Origin: an uncultured Haloferula sp.
Lineage (GTDB): Bacteria > Verrucomicrobiota > Verrucomicrobiia > Verrucomicrobiales > Akkermansiaceae
Length of the DNA: 64,000 nucleotides
Reading direction: 5' to 3'
NCBI GenBank assembly: GCA_965652295.1
Contig: CBFGTS010000011.1
Coordinates: 64,001-128,000 of the forward strand
The translations under genes and the position numbers were made by a program. Of this stretch, positions 37,622 through 47,635 are shown in pieces (within the stretch, counting starts at the first letter, position 1; each line of letters begins with the position of its first letter). Below the pieces are notes generated by a model that was given only the letters and a program-made list of their open reading frames with translations, was not told the DNA's origin and did not search any database.

Positions 37622-38242
37622 TCAGACCGCAGCCAAAGCTTCGCGGGTGAGCCAGGTGATTTCCTCCCAGCGCTTCTCGATGATCAGGGTGGTGTCGACC
37701 ATCCAGCTGCCGCCGATCGCACCCACGACCGAGAGGTCGAGGTATTCGCGCATGTTGGCCCGGTTGATCCCGCCGGTGGGGATGAACTTGACCCCGGTGT
37801 GGGCGTAGGGTCCGGCGAGGGCTTTGAGAAACTTGGGACCGCCAGCGGGACCGGCGGGGAAGAATTTCAGCAGGTCGCAGCCGAGTCCGAGAGCCGTCTC
37901 GATGTCGGTCGGGGTCATCACGCCGGGCGAGAAGGGCATTTCGAGCGACTGGGCCATCTTCAGGACCTTCGGATTGAGACCGGGGGCGAGGCCGAAAGTC
38001 GCTCCCGCATCCTTGGCCCGCTGGACCTGCTCGGGAGCAAGCAGCGTCCCGGCACCGACGATGATCTCCGGACGATTCGCGGCGATGAACTCGATGCAAT
38101 CGGCGGCGGCTTCGGTCCGGAAAGTGATTTCCATGACGTCCAGTCCGCCGGCGAGGAGGGCATCGGCGAGGGGGGCGGCATCCTCCACCCGGTCCAGCAC
38201 CACCACAGGGCAAATCCGTCGCTCAAGAATTCGGTCGATCAT
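37622..38242 (-). CDS. eda: KDPG/KHG aldolase
   Basis: EITFRT, VGAGTLL, PGVMTPTDI, LKFFPA, PTGGI. Confidence 0.92.
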   Translation of the reverse strand: MIDRILERRICPVVVLDRVEDAAPLADALLAGGLDVMEITFRTEAAADCIEFIAANRPEIIVGAGTLLAPEQVQRAKDAGATFGLAPGLNPKVLKMAQSLEMPFSPGVMTPTDIETALGLGCDLLKFFPAGPAGGPKFLKALAGPYAHTGVKFIPTGGINRANMREYLDLSVVGAIGGSWMVDTTLIIEKRWEEITWLTREALAAV

Positions 38243-38368
38243 GCGGCGATCATAACCGGACCGCACCCCGGTAAGACAAGAGTTCGTTCGGGCAATCGAG
38301 TCATCCCGCGGGCATGGTCCAAGCCGTACTTGACTCCCAAGCGGACGGGGTGCAGCACTCCGGCCGTC

Positions 38369-39565
38369 ATGGCGAAACTCTCGATCCAGAATCTCGATGT
38401 GAAAGGCAAGGAAGTCCTGATGCGTGTGGACTTCAACGTCCCTCTCAAGGACGGTGCCATCACCGACGACACCCGCATCCAGGCCGCGGTGCCCTCCATC
38501 AAGCACCTCATCGAGGGTGGAGCCAGGCTGGTCCTCTGCTCGCACCTCGGGCGTCCGAAGGGTGAGGCGAACCCCGAGTTTTCCCTGGCACCCGCCGCCG
38601 CACGGCTGGGTGAACTGCTGGGCCAGGAGGTGGCGATCGCACCGGATTGCATCGGCGAGGAAGCCGCGGCGTTGCGCGAAGGACTGGGCGACGGCCAGGT
38701 GCTTCTGCTGGAAAACACCCGCTATCACAACGCCGAGGAGAAGAACGAGCCGGATTTTGCCAAGGCACTGGCCGGCAAGGCGGAGATTTACGTCAACGAC
38801 GCGTTCGGCACCGCCCACCGCGCGCACGCCTCGACCGAGGGAGTGACCCACCACGTTTCGAAGAGCGCCATGGGTTTCCTGATGGCGCGCGAGCTGGAAT
38901 ACCTCGTCGATCAGCTCAAGTCGCCCGCCCGTCCGTTCCTCGTGATCATGGGCGGAGCCAAGGTTTCCGGGAAGATCGATGTCATCAACAACCTCATGGA
39001 CAAGGCCGACGCCTTCCTGATCGGAGGAGCGATGGCCTACACTTTCCTCAAGGCCCAAGGCTATGAAGTGGGCGACAGCTTGGTCGAGAACGACAAGCTC
39101 GACCTCGCGCTGGAGATTCTCGAGAACGCCAAGAAGCATGGCGTCAGCTTCATCCTGCCGGTCGATACGCTGATGACCCAGGAGTTCAAGGAGGGTGCCG
39201 AGACGAAGGTGACCGGCGTTTTCGGCGAGGGCGGAGCGATACCCTCCGGCTGGGAGGGTATCGATATCGGCGAAAAGTCGATCGGGCTCTTCGCCGACGA
39301 GGTGGCCAAGGCCAAGACCATCGTTTGGAACGGCCCGATGGGAGTTTTTGAAATCGACACCTTTGCCAATGGCACCAAGGCCATCGCCGCCGCGGTGGCC
39401 AAGGCCGACGCCGTGACGATCGTGGGCGGGGGCGACTCCGTCACCGCCGTGAACAAGTTCGGCGTGGCTGATCAGGTGACCTTCATTTCCACCGGTGGCG
39501 GGGCGTCATTGGAACTTCTCGAGGGCAAGGACCTGCCCGGTGTGGCTGCCCTTGACGAAGCCTGA
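38369..39565 (+). CDS. pgk: Phosphoglycerate kinase
   Basis: RVDFNVP, SHLGRP, NDAFGTAHRAHAS, GGGDS, STGGGASLELLEG. Confidence 0.96.
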   Translation: MAKLSIQNLDVKGKEVLMRVDFNVPLKDGAITDDTRIQAAVPSIKHLIEGGARLVLCSHLGRPKGEANPEFSLAPAAARLGELLGQEVAIAPDCIGEEAAALREGLGDGQVLLLENTRYHNAEEKNEPDFAKALAGKAEIYVNDAFGTAHRAHASTEGVTHHVSKSAMGFLMARELEYLVDQLKSPARPFLVIMGGAKVSGKIDVINNLMDKADAFLIGGAMAYTFLKAQGYEVGDSLVENDKLDLALEILENAKKHGVSFILPVDTLMTQEFKEGAETKVTGVFGEGGAIPSGWEGIDIGEKSIGLFADEVAKAKTIVWNGPMGVFEIDTFANGTKAIAAAVAKADAVTIVGGGDSVTAVNKFGVADQVTFISTGGGASLELLEGKDLPGVAALDEA

Positions 39566-39602
39566 TGGCACGCCGGATGCTGAAAACCTAAGAACTGCTC
39601 CT

Positions 39603-40373
39603 ATGATCCGGAAGCCGATATTCGCCGCCAACTGGAAGATGAACAAGGGTCCCTCGGAAACCGAGGACTTCGCCCGCGCTCTCCTTTCCCAGGTCCAGCA
39701 CCAGACTTTTCCCTGCGATCTGGTGATCGCGCCGCCGTTCGTCTCGCTTGCCAAGGCGAGCGAGCTCTTCGGCAACGTGACCGCGGTGGCGCTCGCCGCG
39801 CAGAACTGCTCCCAGTTCGACGCCGGGGCTTACACCGGCGAGATCAGCGCGATGATGCTCAAGGAGTTCTTCGTCCACTATGTGATCCTCGGCCACAGCG
39901 AGCGGAGGGCGATCTTCGGGGAATCCGATGAGGTCATCAACGCGAAGATGCTCAAAGCCCGGGAGGTCAACCTGAAGCCCATCTTCTGCATCGGCGAGAC
40001 GCTCGAAGAGCGTGAGGGCGGGAAGCTTGAGGACGTGCTCCGCCGTCAGGTCAACAAGGGCCTGGCCGGCTTTTCGGAGAAGGATCTGTCGGAGACCGTC
40101 ATCGCCTACGAACCGGTTTGGGCGATCGGGACGGGAGTGACCGCGAGCGCTGAACAGGCGCAGGAAGCCCATGCTTTCGTCCGTTCGCTCGTCGGCGAAT
40201 CGTTCGGCACCGAGGCGGCTGCGCGCATCCGCATCCAGTATGGAGGCAGCGTGAAGCCCGGCAACGCCGCGGAACTGATGGCCTGCCCGGATATCGATGG
40301 CGCGTTGATCGGCGGAGCGGCTCTTGAGGCGTCGAGCTTTCTCCAGATCATCGAAAACGGCACCGCCGGTTGA
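39603..40373 (+). CDS. tpiA: Triosephosphate isomerase
   Basis: ANWKMN, LGHSERR, AYEPVWAIGTG, YGGSVKP, LIGGA. Confidence 0.96.
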   Translation: MIRKPIFAANWKMNKGPSETEDFARALLSQVQHQTFPCDLVIAPPFVSLAKASELFGNVTAVALAAQNCSQFDAGAYTGEISAMMLKEFFVHYVILGHSERRAIFGESDEVINAKMLKAREVNLKPIFCIGETLEEREGGKLEDVLRRQVNKGLAGFSEKDLSETVIAYEPVWAIGTGVTASAEQAQEAHAFVRSLVGESFGTEAAARIRIQYGGSVKPGNAAELMACPDIDGALIGGAALEASSFLQIIENGTAG

Positions 40374-40400
40374 TTGGGAAGGCGATCCTGAACTTGCACG

Positions 40401-40437
40401 AAAGGGGGCGCGGCGAAGGCGGCGGCCCCCTTTTTTT
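40401..40437 (+). terminator. Rho-independent terminator after tpiA
   Basis: AAAGGGGG...CCCCC stem followed by T7. Confidence 0.65.
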
Positions 40438-40755
40438 GCGCCCGGATCGGTGAGGGGACCCAAGGGGGGTGGGGACGGAGGTTGGTTAGCCTGATCCATC
40501 TCCGTCCCCACCCCTGATCTCGCCGGGCGACCTGTGTCCTGTGGTCTGTTGGGGGGAGTTCGGCCACACAACCATTCTTCCCATCAACGGCCACGCCGAG
40601 GATAAAGGGTGCCTCCAGATGACCGACCTGCGTCAGGTGGCGCGTTCCCTATCAACAGGGAAAGGGTGAATCGGATCCTCCGGGACAGGTAGTACGGCTT
40701 CGCGTTAACGGCATGAGGGAAGCGACTTGTGATCCCTTCAAAGGCGGCGACACGG

Positions 40756-40797
40756 AAAAAGCGAAGGCCGCTGGGTCGGGGTGACTCAGCGGCCTTC
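40756..40797 (-). terminator. Terminator downstream of tRNA-Lys
   Basis: 15-bp near-perfect stem GAAGGCCGCTGAGTC/GACCCAGCGGCCTTC followed by GCTTTTT on the minus strand. Confidence 0.7.
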
Positions 40798-40799
40798 AT

Positions 40800-40875
40800 T
40801 GGTACCCCGTCTAGGACTCGAACCTAGGACCAAAAGATTAAGAGTCTTCTGCTCTACCAACTGAGCTAACGAGGC
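40800..40875 (-). tRNA. tRNA-Lys (anticodon CTT)
   Basis: GCCTCGTTAGCTCAGTTGGTAGAGCA-GAAGA-CTCTTAA-TCTTT-TGGTCCTAGGTTCGAGTCCTAG-ACGGGGT-ACCA; 76-nt cloverleaf with encoded CCA. Confidence 0.95.
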
Positions 40876-41040
40876 GTTTCCTCCGCCACAACCGTGGCTC
40901 GGGGCCGCGGAAGAAACTGTGAACGGGGGTTGGTGTCAACTCCGAAATTTTGGTTTTCGGCGAGCTGCGGGCGCGATGTCACTGAAAGGGCACGGATGCC
41001 GCTGGACTCAGCCGGAGGGCAGGGTTACACGCGCGGCGTC

Positions 41041-42585
41041 ATGTCCAAAAAACCAGTGGTTCTCATCATTCGCGACGGCTGGGGCGAAAACCCCGGCGGG
41101 CAAAAAACCGCCCAGCGCGACGGCAACGCGACCTTGCTCGCCAACACGCCCTTCCACGATGAGGTGCTGGACCAGTGTCCAAAGGCTTTCCTCAGCGCCT
41201 CGGGCATGGACGTGGGCCTGCCGGAAGGCCAGATGGGCAATTCGGAGGTCGGACACCTCAACCTTGGAGCGGGCCGCATCGTTTATCAGGACCTGACGCG
41301 CATCAACAAATCGATCGCGGACGGGGAACTCCAGGAGAACGAGGTTTTCAAGAGAGCGATCCAGCATGTCGCGGGATCGAAAAGGACGCTGCACTTCGTC
41401 GGTCTCGTCTCCGATGGTGGGGTGCACAGCCACATCGACCACCTCTGCGCGATGGTCGGGATGGCGAAGGAGGGTGGTGCCTCGAACATCCTCGTCCATG
41501 CGATCACGGACGGACGGGACACTTCTCCGACGGCTGGAGCGGGCTACCTTTCGCAAGTGGAAGATCGGATCGCAGTGCATGGCGCACGGATCGCCACGGT
41601 GGTCGGCCGCTATTATGCGATGGACCGCGACAAGCGGTGGGAGCGGGTCAAGCTGGCTTGGGATGCGATCGTCCATGGAAAGGGCGAGGAAAAGCAGGTG
41701 CTGGCTTCGGAAGCGGTCGCGGAGATGTACTTGCAGGAGAAAACCGACGAGTTCCTCCTGCCGATGGTTTTCTGTGAGGCTGACAGGCAGCGGGTGAAGA
41801 GCGGCGATGTGGTCATCTTCTTCAATTTCCGTGCCGACCGGGCCCGCCAGCTTTCCGAGGTATTCCTCCACGAAGGCCGCTGGACAGCGTTCAAGGCAGG
41901 TCGCCGGCCGAAGGTTCACTACGTGACGCTCACCGAATACGATGCAGATTACGATTGTGACGTGATCTTCCCGCCGGAGCGGCTCGACATGGTGCTGGGC
42001 GAGGTGGTTTCCCTGGCGGGGAAGAACCAGCTTCGCATCGCCGAGACGGAGAAATACCCGCACGTGACGTATTTCTTCAATGGTGGCGAAGAAAAGAGCT
42101 TCAAGGGCGAGGACCGGAAGATCATTCCATCGCCTCAGGATGTCGCCACCTATGACCTGAAGCCCGAGATGAGCGCCGACGAGGTGACCGCGACGGTGGT
42201 GGCCAAGCTGAAGGACTACGATCTGGTCATCATCAATTTCGCCAACCCCGACATGGTCGGACACACCGGCGTGGTCGAAGCGGCGGTCAAAGCCTGCGAG
42301 CGGATTGATGCGGCGGTGAAAGCCGTGGTGGAGGAAACCCTGCGACTCGGTGGGCAGCTCCTGATCACCGCGGATCACGGGAACTGCGAGTTCATGATCA
42401 ATGCCGACGGTTCGCCCCACACCGCCCACACGACGAATCTCGTGCGGGTCTTTTACGTGGCGAAGGAAACGGAGAACGTGCGGCTTCAGGACGGGATTCT
42501 GGCCGACGTCGCGCCGACCCTGCTGGGAATGATGGGCATTCAGCCCCCGGTGCAGATGACCGGCAAGTCCTTGGTCCAGCACTGA
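41041..42585 (+). CDS. gpmI: 2,3-bisphosphoglycerate-independent phosphoglycerate mutase
   Basis: GQMGNSEVGH, SDGGVHSH, DGRD, AETEKYPHVT, NFANPDMVGHTG, TADHGN. Confidence 0.96.
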   Translation: MSKKPVVLIIRDGWGENPGGQKTAQRDGNATLLANTPFHDEVLDQCPKAFLSASGMDVGLPEGQMGNSEVGHLNLGAGRIVYQDLTRINKSIADGELQENEVFKRAIQHVAGSKRTLHFVGLVSDGGVHSHIDHLCAMVGMAKEGGASNILVHAITDGRDTSPTAGAGYLSQVEDRIAVHGARIATVVGRYYAMDRDKRWERVKLAWDAIVHGKGEEKQVLASEAVAEMYLQEKTDEFLLPMVFCEADRQRVKSGDVVIFFNFRADRARQLSEVFLHEGRWTAFKAGRRPKVHYVTLTEYDADYDCDVIFPPERLDMVLGEVVSLAGKNQLRIAETEKYPHVTYFFNGGEEKSFKGEDRKIIPSPQDVATYDLKPEMSADEVTATVVAKLKDYDLVIINFANPDMVGHTGVVEAAVKACERIDAAVKAVVEETLRLGGQLLITADHGNCEFMINADGSPHTAHTTNLVRVFYVAKETENVRLQDGILADVAPTLLGMMGIQPPVQMTGKSLVQH

Positions 42586-42667
42586 GTCCTCGCGTAGGAG
42601 ATCTCTTTGAAACAGCCGCTCTGCCGCGATGCAGAGCGGCTGTCTTGTGTCGGAACCTGCTTGGAAA

Positions 42668-42830
42668 TGTGACGGAACGATGTGACGGAAGTGTGACGAC
42701 GTTGCCCCGGAGACTCTTCTTTGGTCGATGTAACTGATTGGGTGTAAGTAAGAGGGGAGGGTGTGGTGAGGCTTTGGAGGGGGGTGACGAAAGTGTCACA
42801 CAAACCAGCTCCGCGTGACATTTCCGTCAA
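42668..42830 (+). promoter_or_regulatory. Cluster of Pho-box-like GTGAC/GTCAC half-sites upstream of the phosphate porin
   Basis: TGTGAC at 42668, 42681 and 42692; GTGAC-N6-GTCAC at 42784; GTGAC-N6-GTCAA at 42815 (11-bp period). Confidence 0.55.
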
Positions 42831-42872
42831 TCTAGGAAGCTCGGCGTCCGAACGACAAATACCCACGCAACC

Positions 42873-44162
42873 ATGAACACCTCGCCATCCGCCCTTTCCA
42901 CAGGGCTTCGTGTCGCCCTTTTCGGGGTTTGTGCCGCCTCCTCAGCCTTTGCCGGGAGCGAGATTGAAATCACCCCCACACCACCCGTGGAGCCTGCTGG
43001 AGCGGGCGACTGGTGTGAGTGGCTCTCCAATAAACCGGGAACTCTCTATAAGGGCGACAATCCCCTGATCCAGGAATTCGGCGTTTTCGGCCGCTTCCAA
43101 TGGCAGGCCGCCTACCTGACGGGTGAGGACGTCAATGGCTATGAGTTCAGCGACGACTATACCGACGTCCGCCGGTTCCGTCTCGGCGCGCAGATGAAGT
43201 TCCTGAGCTTCTTCACCGCGAAAGCCAACGTGAACCTCGTGGACGACCAGCGCGCCAGCGGTGGCGATCTCGGCTGGGGGTATGAGGATTTTGACGAGGC
43301 ACTGCTGATCTTCGATGCAAAGAAAGCCTTCGGAATCGATCAGCTCGATGCTCTAGAAATCGCTTATGGTCGCCACAAGTTCACGCTTGGATCGGAGGCC
43401 CGCGAGTCTTCGAAAAAGCTGCTGACGATCGAACGCTCGGCCATTTCCAACAAGGTTTACGACAGCCTCCGTCCGACCGGTCTCACCATCGCGGCGGCCA
43501 AGGGTCCGTGGCAGTGGGGTGCCGGGATCTTCAGCACCGACGCCGACGTCAATGGCGACAATGTCGAGTTCATCGGCGGTTGGAACGATGGTGTGGCCTA
43601 TCAGGTGGGCGTGGGGTTCCAGGCCTGCGAGCAACTTTCGTTTTATTGGGACGCCGTTTACAACGACGCCGAAGCGATCCGTGGCGAGGATTCGCTGTGG
43701 GGATACGAATGGGCCACCTCCGTGACCGCGGTCTACAGCGAGGACGCCTGGGGAGTGATCACCGACCTCTACCTCGGCGACAATGGCGATGCCGACAACG
43801 GCGTCGCGCGCCGCGACCGCCAGGGGAACTTCTGGGGTCTGGTGGTGATGCCGCACGTCTGGATCGTGAAGGACAGGCTCGAGGGGGTCGTGCGCTACCA
43901 ATACGCCGGCTCTTCGGAAAACCAGGGCGTGCGTGCCAACAGCCGCTATGTCCGCCGCGACCACGGCCCGGTGGTGAACGTGAACTCGGGCCGCGGCAAT
44001 GAGCATCACACCCTGTATGGCGGCCTGAACTACTACTTGTGCGGTCACAACCTGAAGGTCCAGGCGGGCGCGGAGTACGAGTGGATGAACACGCCGGGCG
44101 TGGGCACGGCCGGGGATTTCGATGCCCTGACCTACTTCTTCGGCTTCCGCAGCTATTTCTGA
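42873..44162 (+). CDS. Phosphate-selective porin (OprO/OprP family)
   Basis: Signal peptide, RRFRLG, SSKKLLTIERS, C-terminal F; lies directly upstream of pstS. Confidence 0.82.
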   Translation: MNTSPSALSTGLRVALFGVCAASSAFAGSEIEITPTPPVEPAGAGDWCEWLSNKPGTLYKGDNPLIQEFGVFGRFQWQAAYLTGEDVNGYEFSDDYTDVRRFRLGAQMKFLSFFTAKANVNLVDDQRASGGDLGWGYEDFDEALLIFDAKKAFGIDQLDALEIAYGRHKFTLGSEARESSKKLLTIERSAISNKVYDSLRPTGLTIAAAKGPWQWGAGIFSTDADVNGDNVEFIGGWNDGVAYQVGVGFQACEQLSFYWDAVYNDAEAIRGEDSLWGYEWATSVTAVYSEDAWGVITDLYLGDNGDADNGVARRDRQGNFWGLVVMPHVWIVKDRLEGVVRYQYAGSSENQGVRANSRYVRRDHGPVVNVNSGRGNEHHTLYGGLNYYLCGHNLKVQAGAEYEWMNTPGVGTAGDFDALTYFFGFRSYF

Positions 44163-44203
44163 AGCATGGGTGACGGCTTCGACATCCCCGTGCATGAGCC
44201 GGG

Positions 44204-44219
44204 GTGACAACTCCGTCAC
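44204..44219 (+). promoter_or_regulatory. GTGAC-N6-GTCAC operator upstream of pstS
   Basis: GTGACAACTCCGTCAC, same geometry as the sites upstream of the porin. Confidence 0.5.
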
Positions 44220-44307
44220 CATTGAGCCACTGGCAAATCTCCCGACATTTCCGATTCCTCGGCCGTGCCGAAAAAGCGGCCGCTCCGTGATGAAACCTGA
44301 ACACACT

Positions 44308-45261
44308 ATGAAAAGCATCCTAACCGGCATTTTCGCCGCCAGCATGGCCGCCGCCACGGCCGCCGAGTCGCACATTGATGAAGCTCTCCCGAGCTACGAG
44401 CCGGTCTCCGGCGTCTCGGGCAGCCTTTCTTCGGTGGGCTCCGACACCCTCAACAACCTCATGACGCTGTGGGCGGAGGGCTTCAAAAAGGCCTACCCGA
44501 ACGTCACGATCTCGATCGAGGGCAAGGGCTCTTCCACCGCTCCGCCGGCGTTGATGGAAGGGACTTCGCAGTTCGGTCCGATGAGCCGCCCGATGAAGGC
44601 GGAGGAGATCGATGCGTTCGAGAAGAAGTTCGGCTACAAGCCGACCGAGGTGAAGGTGGCGATCGATGCTCTGGCGGTCTTCGCCCACAAGGACAATCCG
44701 CTCAAGGGAATCTCCCTCAAGCAGGTCGATGGCATCTTCTCCAGCACCCGCAAGAGCGGAAGCGAGGACATCACCGAGTGGGGCCAGCTGGGCCTCGACG
44801 AGTGGAAGGGGCGTCCGATCTCGCTCTACGGTCGCAACTCCGCGTCCGGGACCTACGGCTTCTTCCAGGAGCACGCGCTCGACAAGGGGGACTTCAAAAG
44901 CACCGTGAAGGAGCAGCCGGGGTCGTCCGCCGTGGTGCAGGGCGTCGGCGGTGATCAGTATGCTCTTGGCTACTCGGGGATCGGTTACAAGACCTCCGGC
45001 GTGCGCGCGCTGCCACTTTCGAGCGAAGGGGGCGAGTTCTACGAAGCAACCTATGAGAACGCGCTTTCGGGGGACTACCCGCTGGCTCGCTTCCTCCTTG
45101 TATACGTGAACAAGAAGCCGGGAGAGGCGTTGCCGAAAACCTCCCTCGAGTTCCTGAAATACGTCCTTTCCAAGGAAGGGCAGACCGTTGTCGAGAAGGA
45201 CGGCTACTATCCTCTGCCGGCCGAGTTCGCCGTCGAGGTGCTGGATTCGCTCTCGGAGTAA
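44308..45261 (+). CDS. pstS: Phosphate ABC transporter substrate-binding protein
   Basis: VGSDTL, GKGSSTAPPAL, MSR, YGRNSASGTYGFF, YPLAR. Confidence 0.93.
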   Translation: MKSILTGIFAASMAAATAAESHIDEALPSYEPVSGVSGSLSSVGSDTLNNLMTLWAEGFKKAYPNVTISIEGKGSSTAPPALMEGTSQFGPMSRPMKAEEIDAFEKKFGYKPTEVKVAIDALAVFAHKDNPLKGISLKQVDGIFSSTRKSGSEDITEWGQLGLDEWKGRPISLYGRNSASGTYGFFQEHALDKGDFKSTVKEQPGSSAVVQGVGGDQYALGYSGIGYKTSGVRALPLSSEGGEFYEATYENALSGDYPLARFLLVYVNKKPGEALPKTSLEFLKYVLSKEGQTVVEKDGYYPLPAEFAVEVLDSLSE

Positions 45262-45370
45262 TCCCGCATTGACCCGGAGCCCGGCACCTCACAGCAATCT
45301 TCGCGTCCAAGTTGTCACTTGGCCGGGATTGCCCACTGCCGGGCTCCTCCCTTGATTGCCCCGCTTTCGA

Positions 45371-47632
45371 ATGAGTTCACCCACGCCCCCAGCTCCCGAC
45401 CCGAAGCGCTTCGAGGTCTCGAAGCGAACGCTCTGGTTCGACCGGGTGATGACCCAGCTCATCCGCATCGGTGGACTGGCGGTGATCGTAGCGGTCTTCG
45501 GGATCTTCTTTTTCATCGTCCGCGAGATCATCCCGCTGTTTTCCGGTGCCCAGGTGGAGGCCGGAAAGATGGTGGAGACTCCCGGGGGAGCGCCGCTGGT
45601 TCTCGGTGTGGACGAGTGGGGCGAAATCCCCTTCCTCTACCGCGGCGGGGCCGAGGTGGTGTTCGTGGATATGGACGACGGCGAACGGGAAACCGTCGTC
45701 GTGCCTTCGCTCGAAGGCGTCGAGGTGACGGCGACGGCCTACGATCCGGTGCACCGCCGCGTCAGTGTCGGCCTCGCCGATGGCCGGGTGGGTTCGTTCC
45801 TGGTGACCTATCGGGCGGAGTTCGCCGACGACGGAACCCGCTCGATCCGCCCCGCTGTGGAAACCGAGCCATGGTTCGAGGTGACGGTGGGTGAAGGTGA
45901 GGTGAAGGCTCTTTCCTATGGCGATGGCGGAGCCAAGCGCCTGCTGGCGGTCGCCCGCGAGTCAGGTCTGGCCGCGCTGCGTCTCGGCCAGAAGCGCGCC
46001 CTCATCGGCAAGCCGAAACTCAGCCTTCTGGGAACCGCCGACCTCACGGCGGATGTTCCTGTGGAGGTCGCTTCGGTGGTCGCCTCCCAGAACGGGGAGG
46101 CCCTGCTGGTGGCGGGCGAGGACGGCAAGGTCCGCTACTTCCACGAGGACGGCGGCGAGGTGACACTCCAACAGACCTTCGCTCCCTTTGGCGGAGTTCC
46201 GCCGGTGCGGATGGATTATCTCTTCGGGGGCGTGTCCGTGGCGATGACCGATGCCGCGGGCGATCAGAAGATCTACAGTCTCTACCGGCCTCCCGGCTCC
46301 TCCGTCCGGCTCTTCGGGGAAACGAAGGAATTCGACAAGGTGGGTGGCGGCATGCCGATCTTCGCGCCCAGCCTTCGCAACAAGATCTTCCTCACGGGGG
46401 CCGGGGGAAACCTTTCGGTGCGGCACCTGACCTCGGGGTCGACCCGCTGGGAGGGCAGCGCGAATTTCGAACCGGTGGCTGCGACCATCGATGGCAAAAC
46501 GGAGCACTTCTTTCTCGCTGGCGCGGAGGGTCAGATCCAGCGCTTCAAGCTGGAGGATCCGCATCCGGAGGCCGGCTGGCGCGCGTTCTTCGGGAAAGTC
46601 TGGTACGAGGGCGGCTCGGAGCCCGTGTTCCAGTGGCAGTCCACGGGCGGATCGGACGATTTCGAGCCCAAGCTTTCACTCATTCCCCTCGTGGTCGGCT
46701 CGCTGAAGGGAACCTTCTACGCGCTGCTGTTCTCCCTGCCCGTGGCCTTGCTCGCCGCGGTCTTTTCCGCCGCCTTCCTGCCTCAGGACATGAAGCGGGT
46801 GGTCAAGCCGGCGATGGAGATCATGGCATCGCTGCCCTCGGTGGTGCTCGGATTTCTCGCCGGGATCTGGCTGGCTCCGATCATCGAGGACAAGGTTCCG
46901 TCGATCCTGCTGGTGTGCCTTTCGCTGCCGGTCACCGCGTTGCTGGTGGGCGTCATCTGGAGCCGCCAGCCGATGAAGATCCGCGGCAAGTTCGAGGGCG
47001 GGCGTGAGTGGATGGTGCTGTTGCCGATCCTGCTGCTGGTCTCGTGGGCGGCGTGGGCGCTCGGGCCGGTATTGGAAGAGATCGCCTTCGTTTACCAAGA
47101 GCCCGGGAGTGGCAGGGAAATTGCCGACTTCCGCCTTTGGTGGCCCCAGGCGACCGGGCTTTCCTTCGACCAACGGAACTCGCTGGTGGTCGGCTTCATG
47201 ATGGGCTTCGCGGTGATTCCGGTGATTTTCACGATCGCGGAAGACGCGCTTTCGAACGTGCCGAAAACGCTCACCGCCGCCGCTTCCGCGCTCGGCGCGA
47301 GCCGCTGGCAGGTGGTCCGGACGGTGATCATTCCGGTGGCCTCGCCGGGGATCTTCTCCGCCGTGATGATCGGTTTCGGCCGCGCCGTGGGTGAAACGAT
47401 GATCGTGGTGATGGCCACCGGCAACACGCCGGTCACCGAGTGGAACATCTTCAGCGGCATGCGCACCCTCTCGGCGAACATCGCCGTGGAGCTGCCGGAA
47501 GCCGCCCCGGGCTCGACCCATTACCGCACGCTGTTCCTCGGCGCGCTGGTGCTTTTCATGCTGACCTTCATCCTCAACAGCGTGGCGGAAATCATGCGCC
47601 AGCGCCTGCGCGAGAAAAACAAGCTCGTCTGA
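45371..47632 (+). CDS. pstC: Phosphate ABC permease PstC with large N-terminal periplasmic domain
   Basis: KPAMEIMASLPSVVLGF, RAVGETMIV, RTLSANIAVE; about 400-aa beta-rich insert. Confidence 0.9.
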   Translation: MSSPTPPAPDPKRFEVSKRTLWFDRVMTQLIRIGGLAVIVAVFGIFFFIVREIIPLFSGAQVEAGKMVETPGGAPLVLGVDEWGEIPFLYRGGAEVVFVDMDDGERETVVVPSLEGVEVTATAYDPVHRRVSVGLADGRVGSFLVTYRAEFADDGTRSIRPAVETEPWFEVTVGEGEVKALSYGDGGAKRLLAVARESGLAALRLGQKRALIGKPKLSLLGTADLTADVPVEVASVVASQNGEALLVAGEDGKVRYFHEDGGEVTLQQTFAPFGGVPPVRMDYLFGGVSVAMTDAAGDQKIYSLYRPPGSSVRLFGETKEFDKVGGGMPIFAPSLRNKIFLTGAGGNLSVRHLTSGSTRWEGSANFEPVAATIDGKTEHFFLAGAEGQIQRFKLEDPHPEAGWRAFFGKVWYEGGSEPVFQWQSTGGSDDFEPKLSLIPLVVGSLKGTFYALLFSLPVALLAAVFSAAFLPQDMKRVVKPAMEIMASLPSVVLGFLAGIWLAPIIEDKVPSILLVCLSLPVTALLVGVIWSRQPMKIRGKFEGGREWMVLLPILLLVSWAAWALGPVLEEIAFVYQEPGSGREIADFRLWWPQATGLSFDQRNSLVVGFMMGFAVIPVIFTIAEDALSNVPKTLTAAASALGASRWQVVRTVIIPVASPGIFSAVMIGFGRAVGETMIVVMATGNTPVTEWNIFSGMRTLSANIAVELPEAAPGSTHYRTLFLGALVLFMLTFILNSVAEIMRQRLREKNKLV

Positions 47633-47635
47633 TCC

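Noticed and set aside
36027..38213. Apparent 728-aa IlvA with a long N-terminal extension
   Set aside because: The extension is an alternative frame over eda; IlvA similarity begins near 37590.
40800..40875. tRNA-Lys as an island integration site
   Set aside because: No integrase and no duplicated tRNA 3' end seen; the flanks are housekeeping genes.
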